DNA from: Octopus sinensis
Taxonomy: Eukaryota
Reading direction: 5' to 3'
Assembly (NCBI RefSeq): GCF_006345805.1
Contig: NC_043000.1
Location: 99,138,001-99,202,000, forward strand
Length of the DNA: 64,000 bases
The position numbers and the translations under genes are program-made. The notes under the pieces are model-generated. The model was given only the letters and a program-made list of their open reading frames with translations, searched no databases and was not told where the DNA came from. Positions 38,605-50,908 of the stretch are shown piece by piece (position 1 is the stretch's first letter; each line of letters opens with the position of its first letter).

Positions 38605-41600
38605 AAGGCTCTTATTTAAAGTTTGTACGATAAAGTGTGTACAATGGACTAAGTAAAGGAATAATAGAGAGGGTTGAAGAGTACATAGAAAAACATTAAA
38701 ATCAATAGGGAAAATATAGCGTGTAATATGAGTCGGTAGCCTAGCTATCAAGTGAAATTAAACTATAGGAAATAGTGCCCTAACGAACTACGTAGAATAA
38801 GTATATAGTTCGGTATTTAGTTTATAATGTGGAGTGAGGTTAAGTAGTGCTAAGTGGTAAGTTGGATGGGTAAGGGGAGATAATAAAAGTTTAAGCAGAT
38901 CCGTTAATAACCTGTAAAATAGGAGACGACGCATCACCACAACAGCAAAGATTTTACCAAAGGACTTTTCAAAACTAGGAAAACATTCCCACCAAACAGT
39001 CACTTGGACGCCTTTGAGAACGAACTATTGGATGCTATTAAGAAGCTAAATTTTAAACTACACCCATTAAGGAATAATACCTAACAAAGAAACCTAAAGG
39101 ACCTACTATACAAACTGAAATTGCAAAAGAGAATTATTGTACACTCCGATGAAACTAGGAACTCATATCTTGGATATTTATTTATACCACCAGCTGTGGC
39201 ATAAAGAAATAACAAAAAAATACGAAATAGCACCCAATAACACCTTAAGATCTTTGAAGATTATGACCAACTACAATATAGATGAAAACTGAACCCTTCG
39301 CACCTTCCAGACCCCGCATAACAATTAGAGACCATAAACCAAATTGCTTAACAGATACAAAAGTTACACTAATATGCCTCCATAAATCGGATCTATGTAA
39401 ATCAAGTAAATTGATATTAGATAAATATATCCCTAAGATAAAAAATAAAATAGCCCTAGAACTATGGTCCAACACCTACGAAGCCCTTAACTGGTTCTCC
39501 TATATACAGAACAATAAGTTCCTACAGAGAGACATAGAGGATTACTGCTTATCTATTAACCCTACGATCTTAAATATCGCTCTAATTTTTCGCGAATAAT
39601 CATACTGAACTAAAAATGAATGAAATTAAGTACTCTTAGAAGCGAGAAAATCCACAATAAATTTCGATAAAAAAACTATGGGTAAGGAAAGATACCCCTA
39701 ACAACTTTGATATTCCCATGGGAGCCCCTGATTCAGCATAGATAACTGACTTAGTAGGCATTTACTTATTATCACATTTACAGGAACAATTCCCAGAGAT
39801 CAGGGGTGTCCTCTACAGAGACGACGCACTATTTATCCTGAAATACATCTCAAATAGGAGATTAGAATTACTTTAGAAAGTAAACGTTTTGGCTTAACTA
39901 TTACAATAGAAAAAAGAACATAATTCTATAAACTGCTTCGGCGCAAATTGCAACCTAACCACGGGACTACATGAACTCTACATGAAGCCGAATTCAAACC
40001 TTAAATATATAAACGCACGTAGTAACCATCCTAACTTTATTAAAAGAGGACTAGTACAAAGCATCAGCAAAGGAATTTCACACCGCTCTTCCAACGAAGA
40101 TATCTTTAATAAGTATAAAGAATTCTACAACAACGCATTAGAAAAAACAGGTTATAAGCAAATAATTAAAAACCTATACCCAGAACACTGTAAAAATAAC
40201 CCAAATAACATAAATGCCCAAAACTATTATGATAACACTATATAATAACAAATGACACTAACAACCACAACAACAATTTGAACAACATAAATAATATATT
40301 AACAGTAGTAATAACAAAGATAGTAGGAATAATGATAAGATTCAGATTAATATAAATACCAACATTAAAAATGATAACGAAAGAAATACCAACAATGAAA
40401 AAAATAACAATATTAAGAATACTAATATGAATAATAAAAAAAAATAACGCACCTCTAAGAACCAATATAGCCCCTATTAGGAATGATAATACCAAGGTAT
40501 ATAAAAGAAATAAACCGTAAAGATGCAACCCCAATAAAACTGATAGTAATAAAAATAAAAATAATAGAAAGAAGAATAATAATTATAACCACAACTTTAC
40601 GTTCAACAATAATACAGAGGGCAGTTTCTACACCAAAAATAATAATATTAAAAATAAACGAAATAAGGATAACATCTGGTTAATAATTCCCTTCGCGATG
40701 CAGCTTAAAACAAACATAGTTCATTCAATAATGAGACTTATAGGTAAGCACTTGAACTTAAATAACAAATATTCAGAAATCTATAGGAATAAAATTAGAG
40801 TAAGTCATAGCTTAACTAGCAACCCAGCTACTATCATTGCCTCTATCAACAGTAAAATGCTATATGCCTTCTATGAAACTAGGAAAAATAGCAACATAAA
40901 ACATAGCAACCAATCGACAGATATACTAAATGTCATCCCTGATAACTCGCCCTCAAATAAACCCGGACAACAACCTTATAAATAATAACCCCTTCAACAT
41001 AACATAGACGCATACAAGCTTAGTAATCTATATGGTCGCAGAGATAAAAACAATTGTGAATTCTCCAATATATATAAAAAAGAAAAACGTAATCTACCAA
41101 TGCGATGTACTGGCAAATAATTAGAAGAAGTATTATATTGGAGCAACTAAAAATGAAATGATACTTAGATATAACTCCCATCGGTCTGGTTTCAGAAATA
41201 GAATTAAAGCGAACTCTGGCGGACTTAGTAGTTACATTCGGGAATTGGAAGACAATAAGATTAACTATAGTTTACAATGGCGTATCCTAGCCAAAGCTTC
41301 TTCATTTAATATTAACAATAATCGTTGTAATCTTTGCGCAAATGAGAAATTCTTTATCTTAATGGCCAAATCACATCTTCGTAATAAACGAGACAAGAAA
41401 AATTTTTTGTTTGCATAAAGATAACTTCTTATTCTCAAAATATCGTTAAATTCTACTTATCCTTTAAATATCGCTAATCCCTACTTTACAGGTTATTAGC
41501 GGACCTGATTAACTTCTTATTACATCTCCTTAACCATCTCACTTACCACTTAGCACTACTTAACCTCACTCCTCGTTATAAACTAAATACCGAGCTATAC

Positions 41601-42260
41601 ACTTATTCTACGCAGTACGTTAGGGCGCTCTTTCCTATAGTTTAATTTCACTTGATAGCTAGACTACCGACTCATATTACACGCTATATCTTCCCTATTG
41701 ATCTTAATGTTTTTCTATGTACTATTCAACCCTTTCTATTGTTCCTTTACCTAGCCCATTATACACACTTTATCGCACAAACTTTAAATAACAGCCTAAG
41801 TTTACATTATTGCTTACATTGAAATTACAGGGACTAACTTAGAAGCTACAAATATCGTTACTTATGTCCAATAACAACACTGGATATGCTCACTAGGTAT
41901 AACTCCTTCGGCTTACACCGCCGGTTAACGAGCCTCTGTCCCCATTACCACCATTAGCACCGAATGTAGGAACCTACAGGCACGTGGAGATATGAAAGTC
42001 ACAAAATGTAAGACTATGGATTTAACGAATTCTCTTCTCATTTATCCTTCTACTGATAAGTGTGGAAATATGTAAGTCACTAAAATGTAAGACTATTGCT
42101 TAACGAACACTTCCCGTTTTTTTTTTCCTTTTTCCTTCGATTTTATCTTTGCCATATAATCGCTCTGAAGATGTTCATCAATTGTAACGAGGTAAATGCA
42201 GATATACCCCCATTTTGATAAATAGAAACAGCTGTAAACATACTCCTGATTTAATTAAAC
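38605..42260 (+). mobile_element. Penelope-like element #2 (YRDD-type RT, C-terminal GIY-YIG) with an inverted pLTR segment
   Basis: IIVHSDETRN; FLQRDIEDY; PMGAPDSA..DLVGIYLL; LYRDDAL; YINARSNHP; GATKNEMILRYNSH..LSSYI..LQWRI..CNLCANEK..NKR. 38605-38925 is an inverted copy of 41475-41790. Confidence 0.9.
42161..42240 (+). ncRNA. Type I hammerhead ribozyme motif in the PLE #2 3' region
   Basis: CTGAAGA at 42165-42171. Stem II TGTTCATCAA/TTGATAAATA (one mismatch, one G-U). GAAA at 42225-42228, then C-AGCT-GTA (palindromic CAGCTG, GUA site). Stem I CGCT/AACA has two A-C mismatches. Confidence 0.7.
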
Positions 42261-42316
42261 AATGACTTTAAAACAGCAATGATCCACTTCTCATTGTTAT
42301 TATTGCTTCATTCCTT

Positions 42317-42354
<38 letters not shown>

Positions 42355-43039
42355 ACTATATATGTGTGTGTGTATGTGTGTATGTGTGTGTGTATATATG
42401 TATGTATATATATATGTATGTATGTATATGTATGTATGTATGCATGTATATATTTATATATATACATATACATATATATATATACATATATGCATACGTA
42501 CATGCATACATACATACATACATTCATACATACCTACATACATACATGCATACATACATACATACATACATACATACATACATACATACATACATACGTA
42601 CATACATACATACATATATAAGTGTTTGTGCTTGTCCCCCACCACCGATCAACGATCAACAATTGGTTTTGATCGGCGTTCATCCCCGTTCGGCGTAAAA
42701 GACCGACAGAATAAGTACCAGGTTTGAAAAAATAAGAACTGGGGCTGATGTGTTCGACTAACATTCTTCAATAGTGTGATATAAATAAAAAGGATAAAAG
42801 CTACATATTTAATGAGAAATCTGCAGATGTTACTGCCAGATGATAGCTTTGGAGCTATTGAAGTATTTGATTTTGTAACAACTTGTGTCGGTACCAACGG
42901 CTAATTACAAGTTACATTTACAAACCATTAATATAACTGCGAAAAGTTGTAAAACGTTCCAGATGTTTGGCTTACAGCATATAGATATAGATATAAATAC
43001 AAAGACATACATACATATGTACACACACACACACACACG

Positions 43040-43073
<34 letters not shown>

Positions 43074-43237
43074 CATAAATGTCGAACGATGAAAATGAGT
43101 GCTCGACACCGCATTGGTGGACACAATTTCTTTATTTGTGAATTAAAGCAACTATTGGTCTCATGTTAAGAAAAGTTGGAAAATATCGTAACAATTTTGG
43201 AAAGCAAACTCTCGTTGAATTCGCAGAGATACTCGTG

Positions 43238-43296
<59 letters not shown>

Positions 43297-43548
43297 TAGA
43301 GAAAAAACACTATTATGTAATTCAAACAATGATAGACATAAACCAAGTCATAAGTAAAAAATAAAATTTATTTTAAAACATATAACTAGATCACAAAGAG
43401 TACAAAAATGAATAAACAATATATGATAAGTAAAAAGACTACCTACGTTTCATGGCTATAATTTATATTGTGAAATTTGATTTAATACTAAATTGAACTT
43501 TTCCCTGTAAGTTTGGAGTTATACACCTATTATTATTATTACTATTAC

Positions 43549-43639
<91 letters not shown>

Positions 43640-43641
<2 letters not shown>

Positions 43642-44126
43642 TAGTTTTATTTTTATAGCGTGCTTTCACTTCACTACCGAGCACAGCTCTGTGTGCCTTG
43701 GGTATGTGCTGTGATTTGTTGTGATGCTCTGACGGTTATTGTATGGAAAATGTTCTGCGTAGGATGTGTGCAGTGCCTAGTAGTGCAATTTTCTGTATGT
43801 TATATGTGTTTGTAAGTCTTTGTGTTTTTGTTATGTATTTGTCTGAATATTTTTTTATCATGCCTAATGCACCTACTATGATAGGAATTGTTTCTGTTTT
43901 TAGATTCCACATTTTGGTTACCTCTATTTCCAGGTCTGTGTATTTTGAAAGTTTCTCCATTTCTTTTAGAGACACGTTGTCATCTGCTGGTATTGATACA
44001 TCAATTAGAAAGCATTTATTTTCTTCATGATCTCTGACAACTATATCTGATCTGTTGGCCTTAATTTCTCTATCTGTGTGTATTGGCATATCCCAGAGTA
44101 TGGTTGCTTTCTCGTTTTCTGTGACC
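43640..44126 (-). mobile_element. Dong/R4-type LINE, 5'-truncated copy A
   Basis: LWDMPIHTDREIKANRSDIVVRD..CFLIDVSIPAD..EKLSKY..IIVGALG..LGTAHILRRTFSIQ*. Flanked on both sides by (TAA)n. Confidence 0.9.
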
Positions 44127-44170
<44 letters not shown>

Positions 44171-44171
<1 letters not shown>

Positions 44172-45390
44172 CTTTTTTTCCTCTTCTTTCAAATTTGCTT
44201 CCATTTCTTGCCGAGTGTCTTCCCGACTCCTAGGGGAAAGAAACTCATAGTATACATTGGTAGGCCATTAAACTAAACTCACTTGTTCGTTCATTTTTTT
44301 TTTTAAGTTAAATTAAAATACATGGGTAGTAATCGACAATGTTCTTCTCAATACGTGTGATGTACCAGTTAAGACAATCTTTTGCACTTCTTGCAGGGAT
44401 GGTAAGCCAGGGATCATTCTCATATAATTTTCGGTTCCCTTCTTGATCATTCCTCGTCCTCCTACGATCACTGGTATTGTAACCGCCTTGAGATGCCACA
44501 TTTTCTCAATTTCAATGAGCAGGTCTTTATATTTTCTGAGCTTGTCAAACTCTTTCGCCGAGATATTATGATCACAGGGGATGCTCATGTCGATCAATAA
44601 GCAAACTTTATTGTTTTGGTATTTCACAACAATATCCGGTTTATTGGCTTTGATGGTTCGGTCTGTATGTACTGGAAAGTCCCACAGAATCGTTACATTT
44701 TCTCCTTCAGTTACAGCTTTAGGGTGGTGATTATACCACTTGTCGGCAGTTTTGATATTGTAATGCCGACTTATTAGCCAGTGTAGATATTGGCCAACTC
44801 TGTCATGTCTTAATTTATACTCCACTGGTGCTAAGACTTTACATCCAAAGATTAGGTGGTCCACTGTTTTAATCATGTCGTTGCAGAATCAGCATTTTGG
44901 GTCTGCTCCATTTTTCATCACATTGGCCTGGTAGTTCAGGGTTAATAGGCTTTGATCTTGAGCAGCCAGGATGAAACCTTCGCTCTCTGCTTTTAGCCCT
45001 GAGCTCCGTAGCCACTGATGGGTTTGCTTTTGGTCAACATCAGCTTGTTTGCTACGGGCCACATATTTGCCGTGCAGAGGTTTCTCCTCCCACCTATCAG
45101 CCAATTGCTCGTGCGCTTTTTTCGTTGCCATTATTTTTACCTTCTTTGCAACAATAGTTGCCGTACTTCCCTTGGGTTGTTCAGTTTGGGTATCCTGCAC
45201 GAGATCAATAGCAAATTTTTTGCTTTCCTTTATGATAGAATGAAGCTTCTTTCGTCTCTCGTGATTTTCCACGAGCTTTAGCATCCAGTCATTCTTTATT
45301 TCAAGATATTTGGCCAGTCCAATTGTGGTTGTTTTGTAAGCTAGTTCAAATTAGATCAGGCCTCGACCTCCTTGGGCTCTGGGAAGGTAA
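44171..45390 (-). mobile_element. Dong/R4-type LINE, 5'-truncated copy B (different subfamily)
   Basis: GGRGL..; KPLHGKY..WLRSSGLKAESEGFILAAQDQ..C..; CKVLAPVEYKLRHDRV..LWDFPVHTD..KPDIVV..IDMSIP..EFDKL. Flanked by (TAA)n. Confidence 0.9.
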
Positions 45391-45419
45391 GCGAATTATT
45401 ATTATTATTATTTTATTAT

Positions 45420-45487
<68 letters not shown>

Positions 45488-45779
45488 TATAAACATAAAA
45501 ACAAAGATATCTGCGTGTACATATACCTGAGTTACAACAAACAGCTCACACATGGTATGACATACGTTCATTTTCATGTTAAAGTACCAGCTCTGTACGG
45601 GAATTTATTCTTCTCCTTCTCCTTCTCTGTCTCTCTCTTTCTCTCCCTCTTTTTCCGGCTTTGTTTTTTTCTGGAAGAAATCGGTAGCAGTTTACCCTGG
45701 AGAGTAATAGGCCTTGCCAGGTGTAAAAATGCCGGAGATAATTTGTATGTCACAGTGGCGCTTCTGCGATTCCATCATT

Positions 45780-45895
45780 GGTCGGCCCGGGGATATAGCA
45801 GAAGACACTTGCCCAAGATGCCACGCAGTGGGACTGAACCCTGAACCATGTGGTTGGTTAGCAAGCTACTTACCACACAGCCACTCCTGCGCCTA
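45780..45895 (-). mobile_element. SINE family A 5' portion (well-preserved head)
   Basis: Reverse complement of TAGGCGCAGGAGTGGCTGTGTGGTAAGTAGCTTGC...GGGCAAGTGTCTTCT. Confidence 0.85.
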
Positions 45896-45899
45896 TTAG

Positions 45900-45939
45900 A
45901 AAAATATCGAACGCTTCACGAATTTGCGTGTCATCCTTG
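45900..45939 (-). pseudogene. U6 snRNA 3'-terminal fragment (40 nt)
   Basis: Minus strand CAAGGATGACACGCAAATTCGTGAAGCGTTCGATATTTTT matches the conserved metazoan U6 3' end (...GCGTTCCATATTTTT) at 39 of 40 positions. Confidence 0.9.
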
Positions 45940-45974
45940 TCATATATGTCATCGTGTCATATATATATATATAT

Positions 45975-46295
45975 AAAAGGAAATGAAGAAAATGCTGACA
46001 AAATAATTTAAGTAATTTAAGTAATTTAATTAGGTGAAAGTTCTTTTTACCGGTTGCGCATTTGTTATGCTTATCAAAAGATATTTTTTTAAGAGATAGA
46101 GTTGCTTTCTGATAGATTTTTTCCTCTTATCTGGATAAGAGGAAAAAATCTATCAGAAAGCAACTCTATCTCTCTTAAAAAAATATCTTTTGATAAGCAT
46201 AACAAATGCGCAACCAGTAAAAAGAACTTTCACCTAATTAATTACTTAAATTACTTAAATTATTTTGTCAGCATATTCTTCATTTCCTTTTTTAT
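45975..46295. repeat. Near-perfect ~315-bp palindrome with a 2-nt loop
   Basis: Arms 45977-46131 and 46134-46290 pair base by base except for 2 substitutions and 3 indels of 1-2 nt. Loop TG at 46132-46133; flanked by (TA)n. Confidence 0.95.
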
Positions 46296-46327
46296 ATATC
46301 AAACTCGTGTTCCACATCTCCTTTTTT

Positions 46328-46362
<35 letters not shown>

Positions 46363-46745
46363 ACGCCCTTAGCTGCATTTAGTGACAATTATAGTATTCC
46401 TTACGACATTGCGCATAGCTACTTATGTTAATTTGTGTGTGTGTGCGTGCGTATGTGTGTGTGTGTTTGTAATGCTTAATTACTAGTTGGTGATGCTTAA
46501 ATTCCAAAATTCCAATGAAACTTCTATTTCAAGATATGAGCATATTTCAAAGTATCGTCACAAGTGGAGATTTACTCTACTGTTCTTTATTCAACGTAAA
46601 AGTTAAATATATTGCAATTTACTGATGGTATTTCTTTGAAAGCATTTACGTAAATAAGCATATGCAGATATATGTAGATAGATACACAGAAAGATTGATA
46701 CATGCACGCATATATATATGTTTTTGAGTGTGTGTGTGTGTGTAT

Positions 46746-46781
<36 letters not shown>

Positions 46782-46845
46782 TATATATATATAAATACAT
46801 ATATATATATATATATACACACACCCATACACACACAGAGATATT

Positions 46846-46894
<49 letters not shown>

Positions 46895-46899
46895 GAGAG

Positions 46900-46932
<33 letters not shown>

Positions 46933-47419
46933 CAGAGAATCGGTATTTGGTAGTTGAATGGACATTTTGATGGCCTTTGATTTGAATATAGACAATTTTG
47001 GTATTAGTTCAAAATCTGAATATTATTTACATGAAAATACGCCACTTCAATATTCTCTGTTATCGTATAACAATTTATAGCAGACTCGCCTCTGCTATTA
47101 GTACCTGAGAGTAAAAGTTTATAAGATACTTATAAAGATACTTATTTATAAGATACTTGAATCGTTATGATATATTATTTTATCTAATAAACATTTTCTT
47201 CAATAATTCTTTCTACCATAAGCATGAGGCCTTGAAATCTTGTGCGAGGTGGAGTATTAATCGAGTGCATCTATCTCAATTTCCTAACTGGTACTTATGA
47301 ACGGCCAAGTCGACCACGGTGGAATTTGAACACAGATCTTAAAAACCGGAAGAAATACCGCTTGATGTTTTTCCTCCACGCGCAAACGAATTCCACCAGC
47401 TCGCTGTCTTTGTTTCCAC

Positions 47420-47455
<36 letters not shown>

Positions 47456-47499
47456 AAAACTCATTAAAACCACCTCCGTTATTTTTATTTTCTTTGCAG

Positions 47500-47579
47500 A
47501 TCTGCTTTTTATTCTTCATTGATAACATTCGAATACTATTCAAAAGAACAGTTGCCAGGATGAGAAACAGAACATCCAG
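47500..47579 (+). CDS. Next exon of the class B1 GPCR, TM5 to ICL3
   Basis: Acceptor ttatttttattttctttgcAG and donor CAG|GTAAAT. The 80-nt exon (phase 0 to 2) reads ICFLFFIDNIRILFKRTVARMRNRTS(R). It aligns to PTH1R LNFILFINIVRVLATK...YR|, joins 7082-7151 in frame and ends at the family's conserved phase-2 Arg. Confidence 0.75.
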
Positions 47580-48187
47580 GTAAATGTAAGTATCGATATT
47601 TTTATGATATATATATTTATAGAAGAAACTTAATCGTTCACTTTTCCTTCAGGCGAATGTCAATGCTTTGTTATTAACTAAATCGCACTTATAACACGGA
47701 TACATTAATTCATACAAAAGTACATAGTCAACAGTTTAAAAGCTTCGTTTTTTACATTAGGCTTGAGTCATCTCAAGTCTTCTTAAGGAAAAGCTGAGTT
47801 GCTGGAAATATGGGAAGTCTATTGGATGTACTTGTAATATAAATTACAATTTTTGTTACACACTGCTTCATTGTACAGTAGTTCTACCTTAAGATCAGGC
47901 TTAGGATACACTCCCTGTAGAAATCAGCTACTCCCATGCAAATGCAATGAGCAAGTAATTCAATTGATTGAGTAACAAGAAGATTCACCGGCGAATCCGA
48001 TTGGTAATCAATTAACAATTTACATACGTATGTTTGTACAAATGTATGTAGGTATGTATGTATGTATGTGTATGGATGTATATGTGTAGTGTGTATGTAT
48101 ATGTATTGGCGTATATATACATATGTGTGTATGTGTACGTATGCACTTATGTTTCAGCAAAACTTGACACGAAAATAAAGGGTGTAT

Positions 48188-48230
<43 letters not shown>

Positions 48231-48234
48231 TGTT

Positions 48235-48272
<38 letters not shown>

Positions 48273-48596
48273 CTTTCATATTTCTATGATAAGCAGTGTA
48301 TAATAATTTATCTGTTGAAAATTATAATTGCATCGAGGATAAATCGCATTAGCTTAAATAAAAATTAATTTCACAGATGAAAAGGCAGATAACTCCTTTA
48401 GTTTCATTTGACAAATAATTAAAAGAGTCTAATCTTTAGTAACTATCTCGACAGGCAGATGAGTCTGATCTTTGATGGCAATTCTGGGTAGTACTATATA
48501 TTCTCAGTGGAGCTTAGCTAATGCAAATTATTCAAGACCACAGAACGCTACTAGTATGTGTGTGTGTGTGTGTGTGTATGTGTGTGCATATATATA

Positions 48597-49326
48597 CAGG
48601 GTTCGATGAGTAAATTGTCGCCATTTTATATTTTTAATTTCGTGCATGCGCATTGCTTGCTTTTGATTTGGACGACTATACATTATAGAAGGGTCAGTTG
48701 GGCATCGTCCGTCAGAAAACGACACCATGACGCAATTCACTCTTCCAGAAATTTGGAAACGACATGCTGTGCTGCTAGGCATTTGCACCGGAGGCTCCAA
48801 TACGCACATTTCAAGTGTTTGGATGTCAACCTGTGGACATGTACCGAGGGTGCTGCCCTGGGTTAAGTGGGTGGCTGCTGGAAGACCCTATATCTGGCAA
48901 CAGGACTCTGCACCATGTTACACAAGCAGGAGAACCAAGTCATGGCTGTCAGACAATTTCTGCGACCACATCATCCCTAACAACTGGCCACCTTACTCTA
49001 CAGACTGCAACACCCTTGATTATCATATGTGGGGCGCAGTTGAGCGAGAGACCAACAGAACTTCTTGTAACTCCAAAGATAAACCGAAGGCAAGGATTAT
49101 GGCATCATTCCCCAAATTGAACAAGGAGACCATCCAGAAGAGTTGCAGGAGATTCCGAAATCGTCTGGAGGCCGTAGTTGAAGCCAATGGCGGTTTTATT
49201 GAATAAATTTACTCATTACTATTTTAAGATATTTTTATGTAATTTTCGCAAATATATCTGTTAAAATAAGATGTAAGTGTTATTTTCAATTTTGCGTAAT
49301 TTAAGCAAAATATTCCCCGCACCCTG
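48597..49326 (+). mobile_element. maT-family (DD37D) Tc1/mariner, internally deleted
   Basis: TA|CAGGGT...ACCCTG|TA ends. The ORF fuses MTQFTLPEIWKRHAV directly to WQQDSAP-(37 aa)-D...RLEAVVEANGGFIE*. Confidence 0.9.
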
Positions 49327-49496
49327 TATCTTTGTCTATCTATCTATCTATCTATCTATCTACCTATCTATCTATCTATCTATCTATATATATATATAAT
49401 ATATATATACTATAATATATATAATATAGTATATTATATATATATATAATCTATATATTATATATATATATATATAATATATAATACTATATATAT

Positions 49497-49527
<31 letters not shown>

Positions 49528-49560
49528 GCTATAATATATATATATAACATACAGACAGAA

Positions 49561-49657
<97 letters not shown>

Positions 49658-50194
49658 TTAGTTTTTCTGAAAATATTCTTACACAAAATAATTATGCAAA
49701 CTAAAATAATAACATATGGATAATCTTAAGCGTGCCTTTTACATGAAGAAGATATTTTTAGGTACAGTTTACTACATTTAAGAAGGGAACACGAAAATAA
49801 TTTTCAGATAATTGAAATTATAATTGTAATAAGGAGAATAGTTATTCATATGAACGAAAATTGCTTTCACAATGATCAAGGGAGAAATCTGCTAAAATTT
49901 CCATTAACCAAAAGTAAATAGAGATATTCTAAAGGGTGTGAATTTCGTCTTTAGTTGCTTTATTGACCACTTTTGACATCGGTGAAACACTGCAAAATAT
50001 GATTCCTTATGTGAAAACAACTAATTCAGCAATTTAAAATGGTTTCAGCCATTTGGCACAAGACCAACAATTATTGGGGAGAGGCTAGTTGATTACATCA
50101 ACCTCAGTGATCAAATGGTACTTATTTTAACGGCCCTGAAAGAATGAAAGGCAAAGTCGACCGCAGTAGAATTTGAATGTAAAGAGTAGGCTGA

Positions 50195-50349
50195 AATGTT
50201 GTCAAATCCACTCACAAAATTCTGGTCGGTCCGAAGCTATAGCAGAAAATACTTACCCAAGATGCCATGCAGTGGGAATGAATCCAGAACCATGTGGTTC
50301 GTAAGCAAGCTTCTTACCACACAGCCACGCCTGCGCCTATATATATATG

Positions 50350-50389
<40 letters not shown>

Positions 50390-50741
50390 CCTCAAGCTTA
50401 CTAAGAGTCGTGAGTAGATAGAAACTGGTGCATGTGTACTCACATACACATACACACACACGCATACACATATACACACACATACATAGATACATACATA
50501 TACATACTTATATATTTGTGTGCGTATACATATATATATTCAAGAGTGTTAGTGCTCACGTCACATCCTGTAAACTGTTCGCACGACAATAGTGAGCAAT
50601 AAAATAAGCACCAACTTAATATAGCTAGTATGTTTAATATCATCGATTACACTCGTGCAGTTACAGTTCCAGTGTGGCCACAATCTCAGGATTGAAGCCT
50701 ATCAAAATAATAAAATAATATACATATATACATACATACAA

Positions 50742-50775
<34 letters not shown>

Positions 50776-50864
50776 GCATATATATATATGATATATATAT
50801 ATATACATACATACATACATAGACACATATATGCATTACATACATAGATACATACACACACACA

Positions 50865-50908
<44 letters not shown>

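Noticed and set aside
42050-42110. CTGATAA...CAC TAAAA TGTAAG as a second hammerhead in PLE #2
   Set aside because: Both core halves are mutated and no stem I pairing is present.
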